Notes under the pieces: generated by a model | Databases searched by the model: none | What the model was told of the DNA's origin: nothing | Seen by the model: only the letters and a program-made list of their open reading frames with translations | Origin: Halocafeteria seosinensis | Taxonomy: Eukaryota | Assembly (NCBI GenBank): GCA_001687465.1 | Contig: LVLI01000101.1 | Coordinates: 124,001 to 188,000, forward strand | Direction of reading: 5' to 3' | DNA length: 64,000 nucleotides | In this document: piece by piece, positions 26,055 to 37,336 of the stretch | Layout: each line of letters begins with the position of its first letter | How positions within the stretch are numbered: the first letter of the stretch is position 1 | Made by a program: the position numbers and the translations under genes

Positions 26055-28791
26055 ATGGGTGAGTTTCAACGCCAAATAACAAGGTATGTTGAATGACAAA
26101 CTGCATCTCGATGCGTTTGAAGGCGCAATGTACCTTCGATAAAATCGCTTATTGTGCTTCCTCGGCTACAGAAAGAGCTTTAGCGCAGAGGGACTTGTCC
26201 ATCCATCCAATGGGTTCCATCTGGAAGAAGCGCGAAAGCCGTCCCGTAGCGAAGAACCAAGGTCCGTACATGCAGAGCGCGCCAGCGTGGAAAATACCAC
26301 GAGACGAGACAGGGTGGCAAAGACCCAATTGGAGCGCCATTCGGTAGACGGCCAGTGTCGCGGATCCAAGGAGGACCAAGCGCCAACAGTGCATGAAGGA
26401 AGTGACAGCGAAAATGAAACGTGGTCGTCGATCTCAGACGAATCTACTTCAGACTCTGAGCATCCGGAACGAGAAATTGCGCCAACGACCACGACGGCAG
26501 CAGCTGTGGAATCTACAGCACATGTGCCTTCCCAGAAGTCTTCGCAACCACCCTTTGCGAGTTCTGCTGCTTCGTCAACGTATGAGAGCAGTGTCTCTGC
26601 CAGTTCCGTCCAAAGCGCCGAACCCACCTCACCTGAAAGGAGCTCTAGAAGGAGTGCTAGCGAGTCTATGGTAGGGAAGGCTGCGACATACAAGCCATCT
26701 AAACACCTGCAGTATTTTCGTCCTCAAACGAAATCAGTAAAGCGAGGTAGCAAGAACATAGTCAGCCCCTTGATGAACACAGATTTCAGGGGAGCCCGAA
26801 CCGACTCGTTTGCGGTGACGAAGAGCCCTCTCTACCGCGATGACTCCGAAGACGCAGGAGATTCTATGGCACAGACCTCCATTGATAGTCATCAAGACAC
26901 GCGAAACAGAAGACAAAAAATATTCGATTCTATCAAGCGAGCCGTTCGAAAGAAAGTGTCAAAGAAGAAAAGAAGATTTCAAGAAGGAGAGTTCGACCTC
27001 GACTTAACTTATGTAAGCGGTGTGTGGAGTACAAGGCACAATGCTATGTTGTCATCCAATTATTGCTTCGAACAGATAACACCGCGGCTTATTGCTATGG
27101 GATACCCTGCCAAGGGTGCGGCCGCAGCATATCGAAATCCTATACACGAGGTACAAAGATTCTTCGAGACCCGGCATCCTCGAAAGTAGTACGTGGAAAC
27201 TCAGGACCAATTTTATATTACCACTGCTAAGGTTGTTTGCTGAGTACCTTTGCAGCATGATCTATAATCTCTGCACGGAAAGGAGCTATCCAAAGTCAGA
27301 GTTCAATTACTGTGTCCAGCGGTATCCCTTCGATGACCATAACGCACCACCTCTCGAAATGTTGTTGAAGTTTTGTCAAAGTGTCAGAAAGTGGCTTAGT
27401 CAAGACTCCTATAACGTTGCAGCAGTGCACTGTAAGGCGGGTAAGGGAAGAACTGGGATGATGATTGCTGCATATTTACTGTTTTCTGGAGAGTGCAATT
27501 CCGCACGGGAAGCGCTTGCTTATTTCGGCTCGTATCGAACGCTCAACGACAGTGGTGTAACCATTCCTTCCCAGAAACGATACGTGTATTATTTTGAACG
27601 GATGCTTCAGACCATACAAGATGCATCGCTTCCCAAACAAATGCCGGTTAAACGCCCAACGTTTCGGATCAAGCACATCAGAATAGAGTCCGTCCCAAAC
27701 ATCGACTCTCATGGGTGCATCCCTATTTTCGACTTGTATGTTGAAAACCAGAGAGTTTTTGAATACAAGAAGGGACTCACTGCTTTGCAGCAGGCATCAG
27801 AAGCCAACGTGTCAACAACGCCTGCGTTCAATATGTGCACTGATGCAACGATGCAGTTCAAGAAATTCAATAGAGGGATCCAAAGCAAAGTTGACGAAAT
27901 TATTGAGGATGTACACGAAGGACTCAGAGACGGAGGAAACCTTACGTTTCTGTATAGCCAGCAGGGCGGATCTACTAGCTTCGGACAGCACTCTACGTTC
28001 CGAGCCACTCATGGCATTGGTGGTTTAGGGTTGTCAGGGTTGTGTGGCGTAGGCTCGTCTAAAGCTATTAGGCAATACATTCAAATGCAGAAAGGGGAAG
28101 ATATTTGGGAGAACACTCAAGGTCTATCTGGTAATTCTTTGGAGGGAAAGCCCCGACGATTCCTTGTTCATGAGCCGTTCATGGACATCGATTGCTCCTG
28201 CTTTGACCTTCGAATTGCCGGAAATGTTAAGCTGTCCTTGAAACACGACAGATTGCCTGCCGTAAGTTGTGATGAAGAAAGCAAATGTCTACTCTCTATA
28301 ACAGCGACAGCATTTTGCCCCTGCAGCCTACCAAGCTTTGTCACGTCTGGTTCCATACAGCCTATGTAGAATCACCGGCTCTTGTGTTCACTCGGCAGGT
28401 AGTGGATAAAGCCTGCAAGGTATGTTCGGCGAAGGGCAGCACCTCTTCACGAGTAAGAGCATGCAATACCCTCTAAATGTTGCTGCTGCAGGATACTAAA
28501 GGAATTTTTCCATCCAATTTTAGCATCGAGCTTTACCTTGAAAGGGTTGATGCCCCGCCGCTTCCTCCGCTGAAGCTAACCGAGCAGTGGATGTCCTCCA
28601 CTCAACATACTGAGGAGGCGCAGGTTAGCACCGATGGTTACGGAAGGACTGGATCTGGTGGCAATGAGAAGCAGCAAGAAACAGAGGCTCTCAGTTGGGG
28701 CCACATCCAGGATAGTATTACCGATGAGGTTTCTGCAAGAGCATCGTCTACAGCTTCGGCTTTTTCAGAGCGTATAACAGCATCGCGTTAA
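26055..28791 (+). CDS. PTEN-like phosphoinositide phosphatase
   Basis: VSKKKRRFQEGEFDLDLTY|ITPRLIAMGYP, YRNPI, PFDDHNAP, HCKAGKGRTG active site, GVTIPSQKRYVYYF, C2 domain (WFHTAY, DKACK); Ser-rich N-terminal extension. Confidence 0.93.
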
Positions 28792-30641
28792 ACGATCTTG
28801 CTTTTCTTTTGGTGTACTGGAGTGTATATCTCCGTTTAGAAGTGTTTTCTAAGTGAATTTCATCGTCCAACAGAGCTGCGCCTCCGTCTCCGATGCCGTT
28901 GCCGAAAACTTCCCACCACTCTTCATAGCTGTGTGATAGTGAAAAATTGGGAACTAGTAAAATTAGGCTACTCGGCGGCGGTAATTGATGAACTTACTTT
29001 CCAGCTATCTGGACGTTTGATATCGAATGATTGTGAAACAGAGACTGTTCAGTGCCGTCGATGAAGCAACTTATATTTGCAGAAGGACAAACAGCAACTC
29101 CGCACATTCTTGTGCTGAAAAGTCCTTTGTACTCTCCCACAGCAGCTAGCACAGATAAGGTCTGCAGAACCATTAATGTTTAGGAGTGTATCTGCATGCT
29201 GGGTCAAAATACACTTACTGTACTTCCACTTGTTTGCCGGCTATCACTGAAATTGACCGAGCATTTCAAATCTTCTCGGACCACGGTAACACCACATTTC
29301 TCGTTTTCACAGCTGCTTGAGTTCACAAAGAGAACGGTTGCATTCATACATTGAGAGCCATCGGGACTGCACCAGAGGTGAAAATCGGACGAATCCGCCA
29401 GATCGTGTGGTGAATTTTTTACAGCTGTGAACGTTCCCCCATGGGCAGCATCGCTTTCCCTTCCATTTCGATTAGTCGAATTCAAGACTCCAGAGAGCAC
29501 CGCCATGTGGCTGCTCCAGCTGGGGTTATAGAAAGAGAGCGAATTTCCGCTATTTGTGCAAGAGGGGGCCTTAGAGATCATACCCCTGCAGTTAGGATGC
29601 TCCTTATTCCCCTTGAAGACGCGACATGTAAATTGTCGTGCCTCCTGTGTCCGAAAGTACCCATACAATCCGCTCCCACTGTTTCTCCAGTTGCTACCAC
29701 TTCCAGAGGCAATTAAGTTGATATTGTACGAATTGGCGAAGGCAAACTGCACGGCGTTACCCGTAAGGAAGGGCGGATAATTCACCCACCAAGTGGGATA
29801 TACGATATCTTTGACGTCCTGCTGGATCAGTTCTCTTGGCGGATCACTGAACATGATATCAAAACAGATGAACATGCCAAAACGCACACCGAAACTAGAC
29901 TCCCAGTAGGAAGGCTGCGGCCCTTCGGGGGGCTCGTTGAATTCGTATTCATAAAATAGATGCGACTTGCGATACTTTCCACGAAGCATGCCATACCTAT
30001 CCAAAGCGACGGCCGCATTAAATTGCCATCTGCCGTCCCGAGGGCACATGGTATCCGACGAGCACTCCCGGAGCTCCCCCATGTCAACGACCAAGTCAGT
30101 TTCTAAGCTCTTCGCAGCGCACGCGAGTTTTGCTAAAATTGGTGAGCTTTGGTTGTAATAGTGAAAATCGCTGCAAATGTCAATTGCGGTGCTCCCGTTG
30201 ACGTCAGGTATAGGCTCCAGAAACGGCAGGATCGAGTCCCGCGTCGGGAATCCAGGACCATACAGTCCATCTTCTGGAAACACAGCCATTTGCGGGAGAT
30301 CCAATCGGGGTCCTCTGTATTTTTCCAGTGCATTCTGCAGACGCAATCGCGGTGTCAAGAGGAGTTCGAAAAGTATCACAATGGGTCTTACGTACGAGCA
30401 AAGCATCAACGTTCTCGTTCATCAGCAGCAGAGCTTGTTCCCGGGAGACGGGATTTCGAGATATTGGTGGCCTTTTGGGCGCATACTCGACCACTGTTGC
30501 CTGATATGATACTTCATCATATGTAGCTTGTGTTGAACGCGAGTAAACAGAGGAGAGAGTCTGTAAAACAACTATAAATCCTAACAGAACGGAACCACGC
30601 GCGTGTCTCCTCACCCTCGAAGTCCCTTCCTGTCCTTTCAT
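28748..30641 (-). CDS. Vanin/biotinidase/pantetheinase-like secreted nitrilase-superfamily hydrolase
   Basis: Signal peptide, ATVVEY, VFPEDGLYG (Glu), YRKSHLF (Lys), FGMFICFDIMF (Cys), YPTWW; C-terminal base-domain exons spliced to TAG at 28748. Confidence 0.9.
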
Positions 30642-30941
30642 ACCTACGCCAAGTGCCTCTCAAGGTGACTAGCGGGACCATAAGGAGAAAAAAATACTAT
30701 CGTTTTGTATCTATCCATTTGTTGTGCAGTCTATACCGAAGAGGTTCTCGGAACTTCTCGTAGCGCATGGGAACTTCACAGAGTCACTCTGGAATCAGAG
30801 TGTAACACTGGCCGCAGCTCGGTCGTGTCGCTCTAGTTCGGCGCATACTCCAGAAGGAAAGTGGGACTTAGAACTGCTAGCAACGGAAGTAGAACTCACT
30901 CAATTGATGTTATGCTGGAAACGTCGTGTCGTATTGACCAT

Positions 30942-32761
30942 CTACAATTCCTCGTAATCGGACACTTCCCATTCCAGCATAACTCTGTATCGAACTAGAG
31001 GCTGGTTGGGGCAAATCCACTGTTCTATACTATCACAATAAGTGCTATACACTAGCTCCTCGGAATCTAACGCTGATCCTGCTGCCTCCATCTCTGTGGC
31101 AACTGCTACTTGTATCATATCCTCAATGACGGATAGCTGTTCATCGCCGAGCACTTCCCGTAATACAACCCTCTGTTGCGGCGACAATGTCTGCGGGAAT
31201 ATAACCCTAAAAATCACTATGAGAGCCCCACGGGACTCTTTATCTTTAACATTTGGTAAACCTTTCTCCGGGAACGTTTCCTGGTGGCCGCTCATTGTCA
31301 CTGTTTCTCGCAATACTTCAACCTTAGATCCATCTGGCATTCTGTTTCAGATAAACAATAGTATCTCACTAACTTCAGAGATGCAACAGTATACTGACGT
31401 GTACTTACACGATAAATTTTCGGAAACCCGCTAGAGCATCTATTAAGGAAATGTGCGCCGTGTATATCAGATTAGGAGGCGTGTTTCCATCTGCGAACAT
31501 TTTCGGGTGAACCTTGTGTTTGATAATGAAGGCGACGTCCCCATCCTTGTAGTGCAATCTTTGGGAGCCTCCACCTTCCATGTCCATCTTAAAGCCCTGC
31601 GCATCTATTAAACATGTGGGTTTCTCGCCATATATGTTTTAGCAATAGAATACTCTTACATTAGGTGCCCCGGCGGGTACGGTCACATTGACTTCCACAG
31701 TATCTTCTTTGTACCTCGTCCCTGCAAAATACCAAGAAAATGCAACTTACCATTCATTGCATTGCCGTTTCTCTGTCAACCGCTACTCACCATTACAGAG
31801 AGGACAAGTATTTGCTACTGTGTATCCAGTCCTTTCGCACTGCTTGCATGGAGTTTGTACCACGTGAGAGTAGCCGCTGGTATGGGCATACAATGTCGAA
31901 TGTAATCCCGTTCCCGAACATACTTCGCAGGTATGCATATCTTGTTGACTTGCGGCTCCAGTGCCTTTGCATCGTGGACAAAACTTATTTCTTTTTACCG
32001 AAATGGTTTTTGTAGTTCCGTTTCCGGAATAGATTTCTCGCAATTCGACTGGGATGTCGATCACAATTGGTTGTACTTTTGGTACCGCGGGTGGCTTGTA
32101 TTTGAAATGGAAGGCCGCCCCGGGTACCCGAACAAATAAATTGAAATGCTGTCCGCTGTATACTTTCGCCATACTATAAGTGCCGCCCCCCTGCACGGTA
32201 AGTTAGCTTACACTAACAGCCCAAGGAAATACCAGAAGCAGAGCAACCTACCTCTTCTCCATAGTTGTCATACTTCTCCCTCCTTTCTGGATCAGATAGT
32301 ATTTCGTACGCTCTAGCTATCTGCTTCATGAGCAAAATGTAATTTAAAAGCCATTGAACTGCAAACAGTTCCCGTACTTACTTCAATAAACCTATTGTGC
32401 TGCTCTTCTGTGGCTTCCGTACCCAACTTATCAGGGTGAAGCTTTAACGCTAGCTTCCTATATGCTCTCTTTATAGCTTGAGGTTTTGCCGCACTTGAAA
32501 GTCCAAGTATCTGGAAGCATCATCATTTCGACTTGCACTATCATCGCTTCATACGCGAAGTCCAAACCATCTCACCTCATAAAGATTTGTACGCCCAGAA
32601 TCGTCGGAGGCAACACGCACAGGCATGAAACTGATACACACCATACACCACAACAAAATGACGGCTATTGTATGGTGAATCTCCGCTCGTTTTCGCCTAG
32701 TCTTCCATGAAGCCTGTTGGCCAGTCCGTGTTCCTCGAACTGGAGGGATCATACTGGTCAT
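30942..32761 (-). CDS. Type I DnaJ/Hsp40 with N-terminal hydrophobic signal (ER-type; exact 3' end uncertain)
   Basis: Signal-like TIAVILLWCMVCISFMP; J domain (AYRKLALKLHPDK, AYEILSDPERREKYD); four CxxCxGxG-type repeats; GDVAF, EKGLP..RGALIVIFRVIFP C-domain. Confidence 0.92.
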
Positions 32762-33246
32762 AATCTGGAATGCTGGAGACAGCAGAGCTCAAATCTGCAG
32801 CATCCAGCGAGTGCTTTCTTCCAAATTGACTTTAATGCATTATAAGAATAACGCAAGCAACGTACGTATCCTCTTTTCCTCCATATAAGATGGTAATGTG
32901 ATACTACATGCAATGGTGCGTTTCAAGTTGTGTCCTCCAGTAGTTCTTATCTGATGTTTGATGTTTATCCATAAGCCATTAAGATCCAATGACGTGATAA
33001 AGAAAGTTGATGAGAAATACTACACTCTCGTTTTCTATCATGTCTCCTAACAAGAGGCTGATGTCTACATCATGTCGTATGGGCTGATGGGTTGGAGTGG
33101 ACCTGCTGGTCTGTGAAGGTAATTCACGTGAATTCCATATACTGTAGAAGTGTAGAGACGTCGCATTGTACGATTATAGTCCTCGAGTACTTGGTTTAGC
33201 GTGGATCGTTATACACATTTCCTGTATGTGCTAATAATTTGCTACA

Positions 33247-33784
33247 ATGGAGGACCCCATGACGTTTAAGGAGTTTGAGAAAGAGGCTCGGGAGGCGGTA
33301 AAAGCGGCAACGCAAGAGACATTGGGAAAGCAGAAATACAATCACTCAGAAGTAGGTGGCGAGTCAATGATACCAAGCTTTGCGAATGAGAATATTTCGT
33401 AGAGATGTGCTCCTCTCAGGCTGGGAACTTGATCCAACAGATCAATAGGAAGTGTATATCCGAACTCAAGGAACTATCAAGTGTACGGCCTCGCTAAACT
33501 ATCGAGAGTACCACATGGTGTTTTTCTCCTAGAATGTACTGTTTCCTCCAGAATTTCAAGATCAACATATCGACGTTTTTGAAACAGAACCATAGAGGCG
33601 GTGCTGTTGAGGGTGTTGAGTAAGTTGAAACTTCCTCGGCTCGGCTTGCATGAATATCAGACTTACTCGACACACCGAACGCAGCACTTGTGATTGGGAT
33701 ATCAATTCCGATGGAGTAATTGCAGTTACAACGGGGAATGAACACATGGATGCGGTCGTTCACGTTTTTATTACTGCTCTGTAG
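33247..33784 (+). CDS. Tctex-1 family dynein light chain (multi-exon, not in the ORF track)
   Basis: Spliced MEDPMTFKEFEKEAREAVKAATQETLGKQKYNHSE|AGNLIQQINRKCISELKELS|NFKINISTFLKQNHRGG...CDWDINSDGVIAVTTGNEHMDAVVHVFITAL; LGxxxY, FK and WD..DG are Tctex-1 hallmarks. Confidence 0.85.
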
Positions 33785-34320
33785 ATAACACTGAGTATTG
33801 ATTGGACAGGCAACTACGCGTGGAAACCAATTCCGAGTCGTGGTAGCCCCATTGGACTCCTCGGTACAAGAGCAAAGAGAACATAGAAGATATACTTATT
33901 CTGTTGCCCGGACGAGTGTGAGATGCGTTTTAGCTCTGCGCGACTCGCTGCACACACATGAACCTGTTAAGGTTCATATAAAGTTTGCATCTTGAAGGAA
34001 GCAATCTGACATTCAAAAGTGCTGACACAAGTTAACTCAAGAGAAACGCTTCATTGCCGGAGTCGTTCATGACAGACTATGCAAGACACACGTACGGAGA
34101 CGGGGTATGTGCAGCACACGCTGTGTGTTACAAAGGGGTTATTCTGTCACCCGATGTCAGATACTACAACGCCAGGTAAATTAATAGGCTGCTATCAAAG
34201 TGTCCATTAACCTCGGCTTTTTCCTTCGTCGTTCGGAGGGTGGATCTTTTTGGTAATCTATGGACTCAATTGTATAGAGGGACTATGCTATAGGTGTAAT
34301 GAATGTAGCATACTTTCATT

Positions 34321-34441
34321 GTCAGCGGCCATACTACGTAGAGTACACCGGACTCCCATCAGAACTCCGTTAGTTAAGCTGCGTTAGGCCTGGTCAGTAC
34401 TGAGGTGGGGGACCACTCGGGAAGCCCAGGTGCTGCTGACT
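34321..34441 (+). rRNA. 5S rRNA gene (single dispersed copy)
   Basis: GTCAGCGGCCATAC...CCCATCAGAACTCC..AGTTAAGC...AGTACTGAGGTGGGGGACCACTCGGGAA...GCTGCTGAC; the 5' and 3' ends pair as helix I; box A and box C present. Confidence 0.95.
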
Positions 34442-34475
34442 CTTTTTTCTTCTTTTTTTTTTCTTCTTCCTTTTG
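34442..34475 (+). terminator. RNA polymerase III terminator (oligo-T tracts)
   Basis: T6 and T10 runs immediately after the 5S 3' end. Confidence 0.85.
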
Positions 34476-34869
34476 GAATTTTCTTTTCCAATTGGGCCGT
34501 GCACAAGACGACAGTGTTACAACTGTAGTGTTAGGTGAAACATGTACGTGGTGTCCCAGAGTGCTTCGCAACACGCTGACTTCAGTCGGTACGAAGGGTG
34601 TGGCAATAAACTTTCTAAATGGGATACGGGAGTACCATGGACTACTGTTGAACAAATTGACTGATTCTTGTCCTTCTATTGCTCTATTCGTCCGCTAGTA
34701 TGTCACAGCAGTGGCCAGTCACGGCCAGTCACTGCCAGCCTGACTCAGTGGGCAGTGGTTCTCGGAGAAGCGAACAAACATTTCGTGGTATTTGCAAATT
34801 TGCCTACATGCAGAGGTTAGCTAGAGTATGTTGAATCTCATTCAATCCTGTTAGATAATAATTAAGCAG

Positions 34870-37335
34870 ATGAACTATCAGTTCGTGCCATTGCTGTTGA
34901 TAGTTGTGGTGGCAGACGTATGCGATCACAGCGCAGTTTCTGCCACCGCAACTTCAACAGGCAAGAGAGAGAGGGTAATAGCAGGTTTTAACACGGATAT
35001 AAGGTGGAATTCACCGGAGAGACTCAATTCACAAGCGTGGATCACCACAAAGAGGAAGAAACTAGGGTCAGAGAACGGAAATGTGGAGCGACGACGGCAT
35101 GGTACTAACAGCAAGAGCCAGCGGGAGCTCTCCAACAATCGAAAATCTCTACAGAATGAGGCATATTCACATCTTGAACGCTACATAGTTCGATTAAGGA
35201 ATGACCCTGGGATCAATCAGCACTACGTTCGGCATGTCGTTGAGGAACTGAGACAAAATGCGGAAAATTCCAGTCTTCCCGACTTCATCGCGCAACGTGT
35301 TGTGGAACTTCACGCAGCGCTAGAGGGTCTTACAGGGACCTTATCCGAACAAGCTCTCGACTTCTTGATCGACTCCGAGGTTGTCGCAGATTATTCGCTA
35401 GATAGTGAGGTCTTTATTATTGAGCCCTCCGAAGACGTAAAGATTCTGCCCAGGGGGGAACTCAGGGCCAATAGAACCAAACGATTCATCAGAGGTCTCG
35501 ACGAAGTAACGACCGCGGAAGAGCAAAACGTTAATGACGTTCTGTGGAACCTTGACAGAGTCGACGACCGTACTGGACTTGACCAGACGTATACCTATGA
35601 ATATACTGGTGCAGGAGTCGACGTCTACGTGATTGACTCTGGCGTAAGAACTACCCATGAAACATTCGGTGGTCGCGCGGAACACGGCGAGAATTTCTTT
35701 GGAGGTGAAGACACTGATTGCCAAGGTCACGGTATGTTAGTCTGTTATTTATGTGGTATGTCCAAAAGCATTGCCACCACATTCTTCGTTATCAGGAACC
35801 CACGTAGCGGGAACTATAGCTGGATCCAACGTCGGAATGGCCAAGACCGCAACGGTTATATCCATCAAGATTTTTGGCTGTGACGCATCCGCCAGTACTC
35901 CGACTAGTGATATCATCGAGGGTATGTTAGCTGCATCGTGTTGCGGCTCTTCTGGAGGGGTTGCTTAGTGTTGTAAGTTGGTACGCAGCCATTGCATGGG
36001 CTATAGATCACAATAAGGACAGCGGAAGAAGAGGGATAATTAACCTATCGCTTGGTGGACGGTTCAACTCCATGCTTAATTATGCCGTGGATACTGCTGC
36101 CTCGAATGGCTTGGTGGTGGTTGCTGCAGCAGGAAACGACGAGGGCGATGCCTGTGAAATAAGTCCCGCTTCTGCTTGGAGCGCCATTACGGTAGGCTCC
36201 ACGGATATTAACGACAAGTTCTCTAGCTTCAGTAGCAGGGGAAGATGCGTGGATGTACTGGCAATGGGATCTACGATAGCGTCTTCGTGGTTCACCGCGA
36301 ATAATGAATACGCGCAGCTCTCTGGAACGTCCATGGCTGCTCCGGCAGTCGCCGGCATTATCGCTCGTTACCTACAGTTTGATCCCGATGCTTCGCCAGA
36401 AGATGTGCGTAAGGCACTGTTCTGTATGGCTTCCTCTGAGACGATCAGTGAGGTCCCTCCATGTAAGCACTCTGGAGTTAATAAACTTGAGCATATCGTA
36501 TCCCATAATTGCTTATTTTCTTTGCCTTGCAGATACGTCGGAAGCTTTTTTGTTTGCGCCAACCAATGGACTCGTGTATGACCCTTCCATTTGCGGCTCA
36601 GCTGCGGAAAGCGCATGTCCAGGGAGTCCACTGTGCTTTGATCGTGGAGTTTGTACGGACGCTGGCAGATGCGATTGCTTTTGCAACTGGGTTGGATCTG
36701 CTTGTCTTACTCCTGTAGAAGTAGAGGAGATTTCCTCTCTTTCTGGAAGTGTAGAGCGGTCAACGGTGGGATCTCCTAACCATTTCGGCTACGTCACGGG
36801 CGATTCCTACTTTGCCATCACAATCGGTAGCGATGCAACGTCGTTGACGTTATCTTTGTGTAGTTCGAAGACGAACTTTGCAACCGTGATTTGGTTGCTT
36901 GATGCCTGCTTTAGCAGTGCGTTGGCAAACGGAAACGTTGTTGAGTCCAATATCGAGGGGGATCCGTGTCCCGCTGCCCAGAAAGACGCCACATCCTCAA
37001 GTATTCGCATCCTCGATCCGTCTCCAGGGCGATATCACATACTTGTAGAAGGTATGCAAGCTTCCGGTGCTCTATTGTGGCCAATTGTATATGTATTTTT
37101 CATGATCGCAGGTATTGAGACTGAAGGCACGTTTGTCTTGAACTGGGAAGTTAGTGGCTCTGCTGCAGCTCCCAGCGCTTCTCCTTCTTCATCTGTGTAT
37201 CCATCACCTTCGAATCACAAGTTTGATACGACCAACGAGAGGGAAAATAGCAGTTATCGTATTGAAGGTTGTATGGTCGTGACTTTATTATATTCTATTC
37301 TAGTGTCGCTAGCGTTGACAAATAGAGACACATGA
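34870..37335 (+). CDS. Secreted S8 (proteinase K-like) subtilisin with I9 propeptide, EGF-like domain, beta-domain and hydrophobic C-terminus
   Basis: Signal peptide; YIVRL propeptide; WNLDRVD; VYVIDSG (Asp), GHG|THVAGT (His), AAGN, SGTSMAAP (Ser); CFDRGVCTDAGRCDCFCNWVGSAC EGF-like; C-terminal VVTLLYSILVSLAL. Confidence 0.95.
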
Positions 37336-37336
37336 A

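Noticed and set aside
34150..34180. Minus-strand GTAGTATCTG resembling the U2 snRNA branch-recognition sequence
   Set aside because: Flanks lack U2 stem I, the AAGATCAAGT context and a recognisable Sm site; likely chance
34374..34698. ORFs with poly-Lys/poly-Phe
   Set aside because: Artefacts of the 5S gene and its T-tract terminator
34711..34760. Short gccagtcac repeats and a TGACTCA site upstream of the subtilisin gene
   Set aside because: Too short to support a regulatory call without comparative data
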